Virus record (IMG/VR): IMGVR_UViG_3300036943_000278
Location: 1-45,227 of that record
Length of the DNA stretch: 45,227 bases
Origin: a virus
Lineage: Duplodnaviria; Caudoviricetes
Reading direction: 5' to 3' (one strand)
A program made the translations under genes and the position numbers. Of the stretch, positions 1 to 8,525 are shown piece after piece (positions within the stretch are counted from its first letter, which is position 1; every line of letters begins with the position of its first letter). The notes beneath the pieces are model-generated. The model ran no database searches. It saw only the letters and a list, made by a program, of their open reading frames with translations, and was not told the origin of the DNA.

Positions 1-146
1 TTTTTTAATAGCACCCAAACCCCCCCCCTCTAAATATATCCCTATACAACAACACACCCCTACACAACCACACTAACACTATCCCACACCACCCGCGCCC
101 CCAAAACCCCCCCGGTTGACTATTGACTACTGACTACGTTGACTAG
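1..146. repeat. Terminal direct repeat, left copy
   Basis: 1-146 matches 45083-45227 except for one C in a homopolymer (C9 vs C8). Confidence 0.95.
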
Positions 147-160
147 TCAACCAACTGACT
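114..160 (+). repeat. TGACTA iteron-like array containing the palindrome GTTGACTAGTCAAC (138-151)
   Basis: ggTTGACTAtTGACTAcTGACTAcgtTGACTAGTCAACcaacTGACTAc. Confidence 0.85.
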
Positions 161-290
161 ACGCAAAGATGGATTACAACTCCGGCCACGTGGTTCATCC
201 ATGCCGCAATCCCTCCACGCCGCTTGGCGGCGCTGTACTAATCCCTAGATATTCTACATCCATTCCCCTACCACCCACGCCAACACAGGC

Positions 291-305
291 GTAATCTGAG
301 ATTAC
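291..305. promoter_or_regulatory. Dispersed palindrome copy 1 (GTAATCTGAGATTAC)
   Basis: Matches GTAATYYNRRATTAC, flanked by GC and AC. Confidence 0.85.
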
Positions 306-411
306 ACCCTCTCCGGCCACGGTGCCCATTATCCCTACCTACCTAGACCGGGCCAAATCTATCTCAACTAATACCTAGACATACCCCACCACCCAGCAAC
401 CCATAAGCCAC

Positions 412-440
412 AAAAAAGGAGGCGACTTTTGCCGCCTCCT
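412..440 (-). terminator. Intrinsic terminator for 474..893
   Basis: AGGAGGCG/CGCCTCCT stem followed by U6 on the minus strand. Confidence 0.85.
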
Positions 441-473
441 CGGTTCAAATAGGTGCAGGGGTGTTGGTTCAAT

Positions 474-893
474 CTACATCAAATCCTTAACATCAATGCC
501 TTGTTTCAGCAACGCGGCCCGGATCTGTTCCGGCGTGGCCTTGGCCATCGACTTGGCCAGCTTCTCCGCCGGATCGCCTGCCACCCTTGGCGCCTCAATC
601 TTCACGGCGTCAACCGCTGCTTGGCGATCTCCATCCTTCACCTTGTTGGTCCGCCTCGCAGTTTCACGGCAATCAATGACCACTTGAGCCAGTGCCGTCA
701 GCACCACGGCCTCCACGCCGAAATGGTCGATCACTTTCTGGCACTCCTCCTCCGTGGCCGCCGTTGGAAACCACTCCGGCACTTCCACCGTAAACGCGGT
801 ATCCCTCGGCCCCTCATCTGCCTCCATTGCCTTGTTGTCCGTCGTCGGCAACAACCTATCCTGCATGATCTGATAAATGGACTTCTGTGCCAT
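474..893 (-). CDS. Hypothetical protein, paralog of 38572..39009
   Basis: GGAGG RBS before the ATG at 893; has its own promoter and terminator; C-terminus EKLAKSMAKATPEQIRAALLKQGID resembles that of the 38572 protein. Confidence 0.85.
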   Translation of the reverse strand: MAQKSIYQIMQDRLLPTTDNKAMEADEGPRDTAFTVEVPEWFPTAATEEECQKVIDHFGVEAVVLTALAQVVIDCRETARRTNKVKDGDRQAAVDAVKIEAPRVAGDPAEKLAKSMAKATPEQIRAALLKQGIDVKDLM

Positions 894-953
894 CTTGGAA
901 ACCTCCAATTTTGTCCCCCTGCCCCCTATTTACCTATCAATGAACGTACTCAA

Positions 954-982
954 ACCATACCTCAACCCCGCAACCTTGTCAA
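954..982 (-). promoter_or_regulatory. Sigma70-type promoter
   Basis: TTGACA-17bp-TATGGT on the minus strand. Confidence 0.75.
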
Positions 983-1115
983 CTACTTCACGAAAAAAGT
1001 TTCCCGCCGGGCAACCGCCCACTCCAACCAACCAATCCACCCCCCCCCCTTGGGTGGGTGGGCTTGCTGTGTGTTAGAATCCTGCACTAAATTACTGCGT
1101 AGCATATTGGGGTAG

Positions 1116-1151
1116 GTACCACAATGTGCCACAAGGTGCGGTTTGCCACAA
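1116..1151. promoter_or_regulatory. Tandem RCCACAA boxes upstream of the late operon
   Basis: GTACCACAA-T-GTGCCACAA then TTGCCACAA; the same 10-bp-period pair occurs at 44620-44638. A -10-like TATAGT at 1200-1205 has no good -35. Confidence 0.55.
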
Positions 1152-1253
1152 CTCCACCGCCCACCTATACACCAGCTCGGCTTTTTGTTATCCTGCCCGT
1201 ATAGTGATGGTGGATAATAAGGAGTTGGAATATGGGAAGGTTGTCTGAGGGGT

Positions 1254-1625
1254 TTGGTCATCATGGTGGTTGTGGGCCTGTTGGCTACAGCGGCATTCGC
1301 GAGGCAGATGGGCAAGGTGATTGATGCCACAATGAATAGTACCGAAAATGCGAGCATTAGTGCCGACGAGTTCGGGACGTATCATCAAATTGAATTTTCC
1401 TGCTCTGCAATGAATGCGGGGGCCAAGTATAACGTGTATCTTCGGACTAGCGAAGATGGCGAGTATTATGCCCTGCGCGATAGTGACGGGAACGAGATTC
1501 AGTTGCTCATGGAAAATGGTACATTGGTCTATGGGATAAATGCGCTGGCCCGGTCGATTCTACTCGAACCGGATGGCTGGGGCGGTGTTGGAGAATGCAC
1601 CGGGGTTTATTCGAGCAAGGAATAG
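1254..1625 (+). CDS. Hypothetical beta-rich protein with N-terminal signal peptide
   Basis: VIMVVVGLLATAAFA/RQ hydrophobic leader with an AxA site; exact start uncertain. Confidence 0.75.
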   Translation: MVIMVVVGLLATAAFARQMGKVIDATMNSTENASISADEFGTYHQIEFSCSAMNAGAKYNVYLRTSEDGEYYALRDSDGNEIQLLMENGTLVYGINALARSILLEPDGWGGVGECTGVYSSKE

Positions 1626-1636
1626 AAGGGATGTTA

Positions 1637-2113
1637 ATGATGACTCGCCTCATTTTTGTCCTCGCCCTGCTCCTGACCATGCTGGCTTCTCCAGTCCATG
1701 CCCACACATTCGCGTTCTTCTCGGTCACGGCCACGGCTGGCGAGGTTGCCGGTCTTGAGATTGTGGAGTCGTTGACCGGGAACCAATATGGCGATGACGC
1801 CTATGTGCTCAGGCGCGGGAATTTTTTGAGCCAGCCGTGGAATCCGAGTTTTCCGAGCAATGTCAAGGTCTTCTATGAGTCTCCTGATTTAATTCTGCTT
1901 TCGGTTGTGGTCCCGGACTGGTGGGCGAATATATTGCCCGAGCTTCCGCAGGGGTTTTTGCCCGAGACGGGCGTCACGTATCTGGGCGAAAGCATCGAGG
2001 ACGTGCGGGCCGCGTATCCGGAGCTTGCCGGCATGGAGATTTACGATTGCCTTACCGTCGAGGGCGAACCGGCCACGTGCGAGCGGCCGATTCTGAGGGG
2101 GTACGCATGGTAG
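1637..2113 (+). CDS. Hypothetical protein with Sec signal peptide
   Basis: MMTRLIFVLALLLTMLASPVHA/H; start reassigned from 1595. Confidence 0.75.
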   Translation: MMTRLIFVLALLLTMLASPVHAHTFAFFSVTATAGEVAGLEIVESLTGNQYGDDAYVLRRGNFLSQPWNPSFPSNVKVFYESPDLILLSVVVPDWWANILPELPQGFLPETGVTYLGESIEDVRAAYPELAGMEIYDCLTVEGEPATCERPILRGYAW

Positions 2114-3378
2114 CCCGTATCCTGCTTACGATCCTGCTGTGCCTGACGGCCCTGCCCGCCCTGGCGACCGACCCGCTCATGGATTGGGAATCAGAAGAGC
2201 TTGCCACATTCGTCCGCTCGGGCACGGCCACCTACATCGACGCGGACGGTATCATGCAGACCGCCGCAGAAAACGAGCCGCGCTTGCAGTTGGTTACGGG
2301 CAACGGATTGGCGCTGCTGTTGGAGGGGGCGGCGACCAATAAATTGCTATACTCTCATCTCAAAGCGGGTGGCAGCAGCAGCAGTTCATACTATGTGAAT
2401 TATAGCGCGATTAGAGCAGGGTATACAACAGGACCAGATAATGTGAGCGACTCTGCGGTTATCTTCGAGTTTCCTACAGGAGGAATGGAAATAGCCTTTT
2501 ATCGGTTTGATGATAATATCCCAGCGGGAGGAGCTGCTACTTTTTCAGTGTGGGTCAAATCATTTGATTTGTCTCAAGCGAACCAGTTGCAGTTTGCAGG
2601 GCAAATGCATGACTTAACAACCGAATGGCAACGGATAGTTGTAACAGCTTATGATGGAGAAAGCCCAAATAGTTATATAAGTGCGTATTTAGACGGAGGC
2701 AGTACTCCTGCTGGAACTCAAATAGCCCTAGCATTCGGTCAAACTGAGGAACACCCTTTTGCCACTGAGTATATTCCTACTACAAGCTCCATTGCCTCCC
2801 GCGCCACCGAGGCCGCCGACGCCACGGGCAACGGCTGGTCGTTCGCCCTGGCCGACAATCCGGCCTTGGCCACCATATTCGCAAGCGCTGGGCGTTGCGA
2901 GTTCACATTCATTCCCGGCCACGACCTGACGCACATCTCGGGTAATCCCGGCCTCATCTCCGTGGGCGACGGCGCGGATCTGGTGTTCATCGACGGCTCC
3001 GGCATCGCGTCTAGCGACGGCACGACCAACGCTACTAAGGCTGTGAGTTACGAGTCGGGCACCTCATACGACATTTCCGTACGCTGGGGCGGCGGCAAAA
3101 TGGCCGTGAGCGTGGACGGGACCGAGGGCACAGAGCAGGATTTCGACGGTAGTTTCAGCCCCGGCACTCACCTGCGCCTTTCCTGGGCCAATCCCTATCC
3201 GTGGCAGATTTCGGGCCTCGCTTTCTACGACGCGGCCACGGGCGGGGATCGGGTGGCGTACTGGCCGTTTAACGGATCCGAGTATGTGGAAGATGGCGAC
3301 GACACCACCGACGCCGGGGTGTTTCGTACATTTACACATAATCATATACCAAACCCATTAAGAAGCCCTCTTCGCTAA
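2107..3378 (+). CDS. Tail-fibre/adhesin-like beta-sandwich (CBM/ConA-like) protein with Sec signal peptide
   Basis: MVARILLTILLCLTALPALA/TD leader after a GAGGGG RBS; motifs FVRSGTATYIDADG...NEPR...LLLEGAATNKLLYS and FGQTEEHPFATEYIPTT resemble phage fibre proteins. Confidence 0.7.
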   Translation: MVARILLTILLCLTALPALATDPLMDWESEELATFVRSGTATYIDADGIMQTAAENEPRLQLVTGNGLALLLEGAATNKLLYSHLKAGGSSSSSYYVNYSAIRAGYTTGPDNVSDSAVIFEFPTGGMEIAFYRFDDNIPAGGAATFSVWVKSFDLSQANQLQFAGQMHDLTTEWQRIVVTAYDGESPNSYISAYLDGGSTPAGTQIALAFGQTEEHPFATEYIPTTSSIASRATEAADATGNGWSFALADNPALATIFASAGRCEFTFIPGHDLTHISGNPGLISVGDGADLVFIDGSGIASSDGTTNATKAVSYESGTSYDISVRWGGGKMAVSVDGTEGTEQDFDGSFSPGTHLRLSWANPYPWQISGLAFYDAATGGDRVAYWPFNGSEYVEDGDDTTDAGVFRTFTHNHIPNPLRSPLR

Positions 3379-3399
3379 CTCACACAAGTAGGTTCCATC

Positions 3400-3741
3400 A
3401 TGACGCTATCTACTGATGACCGTACTGAATTATCCAAGCTCGTAGGTGAAAGTGTCCAGGAAGCAATGCGGCAGTATACACCCATATGCCCCTGTAACCT
3501 TGATGAGGAATCTCTCAAGCATGTGGGCCATTTCTTCGGAATGCTTCGCGATATTGGTGAGGGCGATGTAGGCAAGGGATGCGAACGCATGCGCGATGTG
3601 GCCGATGCCTACAAACGAGGTGCCTGGATTGCGGAGAAGGTTGGATGGGCAATTATTATCACCATAGTTGCTGGCACACTAGGCTTACTTTGGGGGATAA
3701 TCAAAGTAGGTATGGCTGTAAAGACAGGTATAGGAGGCTAA
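3400..3741 (+). CDS. Small membrane protein with one C-terminal TM segment, possibly lysis-related
   Basis: VGWAIIITIVAGTLGLLWGII hydrophobic segment. Confidence 0.65.
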   Translation: MTLSTDDRTELSKLVGESVQEAMRQYTPICPCNLDEESLKHVGHFFGMLRDIGEGDVGKGCERMRDVADAYKRGAWIAEKVGWAIIITIVAGTLGLLWGIIKVGMAVKTGIGG

Positions 3742-3742
3742 T

Positions 3743-4231
3743 ATGGTTGCGCCGCTGCAAAATCTTCGTACAAGACACAGGCAAGTTGCCTGGATGGAGC
3801 TGCTCGGATATGGTCGAAAGGAAATAGCGGCCAAGCTCGATATGGATCCAGTCCGTGTGTGCCAAATTCAACGTGAGCCTCTATACCAAGGCTATCTGAA
3901 TCAGCTCATTGGGGATATGGAGGATCAGGTAGTTGATGTCCGTAAACGCATACAGCAAGCCGCAGGTCCGGCTATTGAAAAAGTCATAAACCTCATCCAC
4001 TCTGAGGATGACAAACTGGCTCTAAAAGCTGCCCAAGATGTACTTGATCGTGCGGGCTACGCGCCAGTGAAACAGACCGTGATGAAAGAGGAAACCACAA
4101 GAATCGAGCGTGGCGAGATAGTCGAAGTTCAACAACGCTGGCGAGCCGCTTTTGAATCAGGAGTTGTTGTAGATGGAAAATCTGCTTCAAATGAGCCCAT
4201 CGACGTGCCTGCCCCAACAAGCACCGAGTAA
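3743..4231 (+). CDS. terS: Terminase small subunit (N-terminal HTH)
   Basis: HTH GYGRKEIAAKLDMDPVRV; LKAAQDVLDRAGY motif; directly upstream of TerL. Confidence 0.75.
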   Translation: MVAPLQNLRTRHRQVAWMELLGYGRKEIAAKLDMDPVRVCQIQREPLYQGYLNQLIGDMEDQVVDVRKRIQQAAGPAIEKVINLIHSEDDKLALKAAQDVLDRAGYAPVKQTVMKEETTRIERGEIVEVQQRWRAAFESGVVVDGKSASNEPIDVPAPTSTE

Positions 4232-5819
4232 TACGGGTTCCATCTTCCTCGACGATATTCCACTCGTCGAGAATCCTTCGGCCTTCGGTATCAATACCGC
4301 GGAGGCCGAGTTTCTGGATATGGTCAAGCAGAGCCAGAACAGCACTGCTCTGTTTGGCATAACGATGTTCCCTAATCACTTTTCCATCCCCTTCAGTGAC
4401 TATCATCGTTACATCTTTGGCCCTATTGATGACCCGACAAAACAACACGTCGCACTTGCCGCGCCTCGTGGTTGGGGCAAGACTACCATAATCGAACTGG
4501 CATACCCCTTACGAATTGGGTTATTCCAAATTCCACCGCTACACTGGATATCTTTGGAGAACTACAAGCCCTTTATCATCCTCACTGCGGCGACGTATGA
4601 CCAAGCTGTAGAACACCTCGATACGATCAAAGCTGAGATTGAAACCAACGATCGGATTGAGCTAGCCTTCGGGAAGCAGAAAGGCAGGATTTGGCGAGAA
4701 GATCGCATAGAGCTTGTTAATGGTACATATATCGTAGCTAAAGGTGCTGGCCAACAGCTCCGTGGTTTGAAGCATGGCGCAACACGCCCGACGCTCATTA
4801 TTCTCGACGATATGCTTACAGCAGAACTCGTCATGAGCGAGGACAGACGCAAGAAGCTCAAGCGCTGGCTGTATTCAGACGTTATGTACGCTGGAGCTAA
4901 CTCAGGGATAGACGCAAAAATCTCGGTTATTGGCACATTGTTGCATCAAGACGATCTCTTGTCCAACCTGCTTGAAGATGAGAATTGGTATGGCTATCGT
5001 CTCGAGGCCTTCGATGATAATCTCAACTCCAATTGGCCCGAAAAAGAAAGTAACGAATACATCCAGAAACAATACGACCTCGCGCAGAGTCAAGGGCAGC
5101 TCAGCGAGTTCCTGCAGGAAAAGCGCAATATAATCATCGCCGTTGAAGATGCAGCTTTTCATCAAGAAGATTTTTTACATTACGACATCGGGGACTCTAT
5201 CTATCAAATGGTCACGCATCTTATGTCCAAAGATGCCGCTCCTCGATGTGTGATTGTTGACCCAGCCCGGACGGTAAACATGGCGTCCGATTTCTCAGCG
5301 GCGGTCGGAATCGTCATTGACCAACGGGCTGGGTCAGCCTTTTTCCATAGCACATTAAATAAACGCTTAACACCAGAAGCATTAATTCATAGTGTATTCG
5401 AGATGGCAGATAACCTCAATACAACGAAGATATTTATTAAAAATACAGGGCTGGAACTATGGGGCCTGACAGCTTGGCGATCAGCAATGCTAGAAAAGGG
5501 CAAGATCTACGACCTGATGGCTATTCCAGAAAAGGGCAAGAAGGAAGATAGGATAGCCAAACTTGCAGCCCTTTATCGAATCAAAATGATCCACCATAAC
5601 AAGAGGGAATGTGCTGCTCTGGAACGTCAACTCCTCGCACATCCCCGTGCCAAGCATGACGACTTAGCTGACGCGGCGGCAGATCTCATCTTCGTGCTCG
5701 ATAACCTTGGTGGTTGGGACTATACCAATCCGATGCAGGACACTGAAAAGGCTTGGCAAGAGATTGATGATTCAGATATAGAAACCGAAGTGGCGCCAGA
5801 GGAATGGAACGTCATCTGA
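4173..5819 (+). CDS. terL: Terminase large subunit
   Basis: Walker A APRGWGKTT, Walker B LIILDD, nuclease motifs VIVDPA and HDDLADA. Confidence 0.95.
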   Translation: MENLLQMSPSTCLPQQAPSNTGSIFLDDIPLVENPSAFGINTAEAEFLDMVKQSQNSTALFGITMFPNHFSIPFSDYHRYIFGPIDDPTKQHVALAAPRGWGKTTIIELAYPLRIGLFQIPPLHWISLENYKPFIILTAATYDQAVEHLDTIKAEIETNDRIELAFGKQKGRIWREDRIELVNGTYIVAKGAGQQLRGLKHGATRPTLIILDDMLTAELVMSEDRRKKLKRWLYSDVMYAGANSGIDAKISVIGTLLHQDDLLSNLLEDENWYGYRLEAFDDNLNSNWPEKESNEYIQKQYDLAQSQGQLSEFLQEKRNIIIAVEDAAFHQEDFLHYDIGDSIYQMVTHLMSKDAAPRCVIVDPARTVNMASDFSAAVGIVIDQRAGSAFFHSTLNKRLTPEALIHSVFEMADNLNTTKIFIKNTGLELWGLTAWRSAMLEKGKIYDLMAIPEKGKKEDRIAKLAALYRIKMIHHNKRECAALERQLLAHPRAKHDDLADAAADLIFVLDNLGGWDYTNPMQDTEKAWQEIDDSDIETEVAPEEWNVI

Positions 5820-5820
5820 C

Positions 5821-5835
5821 GTAATTCAAGATTAC
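5821..5835. promoter_or_regulatory. Dispersed palindrome copy 2 (GTAATTCAAGATTAC)
   Basis: Lies between the TerL stop (5819) and the next ATG (5845). Confidence 0.85.
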
Positions 5836-5844
5836 GGGATAACT

Positions 5845-6282
5845 ATGCCAAAGCAACCTACACCATTACAAGCCACTGCGGTACGTATTCACGAAGCCCG
5901 GGAAATCGGGGACATCGCTGTGGAACATACTCATAACAGTGAGTATTACACCCAAACCTTACTCGATGGAGGCCAACTTGATAGCCGCTACTACACGGAA
6001 ACTGAATGCGATGCCAATTTCCAAGCCATCGGTGCATCCTACTCCGCCACATGGGATCCAGCCTCAATTGCTGATGGTAGCATGGCAGAGGCCGACTTCA
6101 CCTGTACCGGCGTTACCTTGGGTGATTTCGTCATCCCCTCTGCATCTATCGATCTCGCAGGCCTTGCGCTCGTCGCGCATGTAACGGCTGCCGATACGAT
6201 CACAGCCATGTTGATAAATAATTCTGGTGGAGCCATAGACCTCTCCAGTATGACAATAAGATTCTTAGTCTTTAGCCATTAA
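5845..6282 (+). CDS. Putative virion accessory/fibre protein
   Basis: LDSRYYTETE motif and a WDPASIADG...VTAADTITAMLINNSGGAIDL beta domain of the kind seen in phage fibre/decoration proteins. Confidence 0.55.
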   Translation: MPKQPTPLQATAVRIHEAREIGDIAVEHTHNSEYYTQTLLDGGQLDSRYYTETECDANFQAIGASYSATWDPASIADGSMAEADFTCTGVTLGDFVIPSASIDLAGLALVAHVTAADTITAMLINNSGGAIDLSSMTIRFLVFSH

Positions 6283-6292
6283 AGGATATATC

Positions 6293-8260
6293 ATGCCAGT
6301 TACAGTACAAGGAAATAACCGCAATGCATCGAAGGGCAATATTGATGCAGCTAAGCGGGCCAATTTCAACTATGATTATCCTTACAACCTTGACCTACAT
6401 CCACGGTCAAAGTTGCACAAGAAACTTGTGGATAAAATTCTCGAACTCGCTCGCGTAGCGAATGAGGAAAAGAACAAAAGAAAAGATGAATGGGACAAGA
6501 CGGATGATACCCTATCTGCCTACATCCCCCTCAGTGTGGCCGAACAAAAGCTAAAGACAAAAGATGTCACTAAGCCCACAGCCATCGTGGTGCCCTATTC
6601 CTACGCAACACTGGAGACATTGCTCACATATCTAATGATGGCTTTTGTGATGCAACGACCAATGTTCCAGTATGAAAGTGTTTCAACGGAAGATACCATT
6701 GCGGTGAAACTCCTGGAAGTGCTAGTGCAGCGCCAAGTCGAACATCTCAAAGTTCCTCTATCCACCTACGCATGGTGGCGGGATGGGCTTGGTTATGGCA
6801 TCGGTGCGGTGGCTCCGATATGGACCACTGAGCGTCGACAAGTGACGGAAACTAGGGAAGTGGAAAAGCAAACCCTCACGGGTAATACCATTATCGAAAA
6901 CGAAACCGTGAGGGAAAGCCGAATTGTATTTGAAGGTTCGAAGGTTAAGAACATCGGCCCACGTTACCTCCTCCTCGACCCGAACGTATCCGCGCATAAT
7001 ATACAGTCCGGGGAATTTGTGGGCTGGATTGAAGAAACCAATCAACAACAATTGTTGAAGAAAGAACAGACTCCTAAAACTCCTTGGATCAACGCGAAGT
7101 ATGTGCATACAGCTGGGCCTGTAGCATCTCAATACACCGTTACAGATAACTTCTATAAGTCCACGGATGGCCTCAAACCTTTAACCATCCTTCATATGTA
7201 TGTTGATCTTCTACCAAGAGAATGGGATTTGCCCGGCGCGGAAGGAAATGAGGATGGTTACTACCCGGAAACCTGGTTATTCTCTGTCGCTGATGATTGG
7301 TGCATCGTCAGTATCGATAGGGATGATTCTAGCCATGGCAAGAAACCCTTCGCCATCAATGCACCAGACTATGATGGTTATAGCACCTATCCGCTCAGCC
7401 GGATTGAAATAATTAATGGCCTCCAGGATGTATTAAACTGGTTATTTAATAGCCACATTGCGAACGTCCGCAAAGTCGTGAATAACCAACTCATCGTTGA
7501 TCCTTCACAGGTACGAGTGGAAGATCTCAAAAAAGGCCGCGAGGGTGGAATTATTCGCTTGAAGTCCAGTGCTTGGGGGAAAGACGTGCGTACCGCCGTA
7601 TCCCAACTCCAAGTCACTGACGTAACACGTGGGCACATCGCGGATGCCGATGCTGTTATATCCATGATGCAACGTGTTGGTGCGGCGACTGATAATATTA
7701 TGGGCATCCCAAGGCAAGGTGGAGAACGGCACAGTGCAACTGAAGCTCGCGCCGTAGCCACCTCTGCGACCAACAGGCTCGAAAAGATTGCTTCACTTAT
7801 ATCCTGGCAAGGGATGCAAGATTTGTCCATGTTCATGGCTATGAATACACAAGACTACATGGAAATGGAATTGAAGCGTAAAGTGCTGGGTAACTGGCCC
7901 ACGGAGCTTATACAGGAATATCAAATTGGCAATGATGTTCAGATTAACCCTGACATCATCAACGTCCCATTTGACATCTCGCTTCGTGATGGTTCTCTAC
8001 CGGTCGACACCTCTGGTGTAGCTGAGTCATGGATTCAACTTCTCCAGACAGGTATGTCCGTTCCACAAATTGGGCAAACATTAGATTTCCCAAGGGTCTT
8101 CCTCCACATTGCCCGTTTACTCGGCGCGAAGAACGTCAACGACTTTATGATCCAACCTGGCGTACAAACCCAAATTCTCCCTGACGAGACCGCTATGAGG
8201 GAACTCGAAAAGGGTAACATTGTAAAACCACAGGACGCCGCTGATGCCAAAAACAGATGA
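6293..8260 (+). CDS. Portal protein (podovirus type)
   Basis: 655 aa following the terminase; DGLGYGIG, RYLLLDPN and ERHSATEA portal-like motifs. Confidence 0.88.
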   Translation: MPVTVQGNNRNASKGNIDAAKRANFNYDYPYNLDLHPRSKLHKKLVDKILELARVANEEKNKRKDEWDKTDDTLSAYIPLSVAEQKLKTKDVTKPTAIVVPYSYATLETLLTYLMMAFVMQRPMFQYESVSTEDTIAVKLLEVLVQRQVEHLKVPLSTYAWWRDGLGYGIGAVAPIWTTERRQVTETREVEKQTLTGNTIIENETVRESRIVFEGSKVKNIGPRYLLLDPNVSAHNIQSGEFVGWIEETNQQQLLKKEQTPKTPWINAKYVHTAGPVASQYTVTDNFYKSTDGLKPLTILHMYVDLLPREWDLPGAEGNEDGYYPETWLFSVADDWCIVSIDRDDSSHGKKPFAINAPDYDGYSTYPLSRIEIINGLQDVLNWLFNSHIANVRKVVNNQLIVDPSQVRVEDLKKGREGGIIRLKSSAWGKDVRTAVSQLQVTDVTRGHIADADAVISMMQRVGAATDNIMGIPRQGGERHSATEARAVATSATNRLEKIASLISWQGMQDLSMFMAMNTQDYMEMELKRKVLGNWPTELIQEYQIGNDVQINPDIINVPFDISLRDGSLPVDTSGVAESWIQLLQTGMSVPQIGQTLDFPRVFLHIARLLGAKNVNDFMIQPGVQTQILPDETAMRELEKGNIVKPQDAADAKNR

Positions 8261-8525
8261 ACGTAGCATTGAGGAACAACTGGCTGAGTTTGAAGAACAG
8301 TACATGGATTGGCAAGACCATCCGTACACAAGAAAATTCTTGGCCTATTGCAATGAGCGTATGGAAACACTGGTTAATCAAATAGTAAACGAAGATGATG
8401 AAAAATCAATCTTCCGTATACAAGGGAAATTGCAGGAACACAGTCATCTTGCCAATCTCCCTGCTATAATCATTGCAGATTTAGAAGCCGATCTCAAAGA
8501 TGCCGCTGAAGAAGGAGACGAATGA
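8244..8525 (+). CDS. Small helical protein following portal
   Basis: IFRIQGKLQ motif and typical post-portal position. Confidence 0.65.
   Translation: MPKTDERSIEEQLAEFEEQYMDWQDHPYTRKFLAYCNERMETLVNQIVNEDDEKSIFRIQGKLQEHSHLANLPAIIIADLEADLKDAAEEGDE

Noticed and set aside
114-160. Short repeats considered as a CRISPR array, with the Cas4-like nuclease at 37147 as a cas gene
   Set aside because: No constant repeat with unique spacers; the nuclease sits in a typical Sak4/SSB recombination module.
453-1115. 220-aa + strand ORF
   Set aside because: Antisense to 474..893, which has an RBS, promoter, terminator and a paralog.
1921-2106. N-terminal extension of the 485-aa ORF
   Set aside because: Overlaps the upstream gene; the ATG at 2107 has an RBS and begins a signal peptide.
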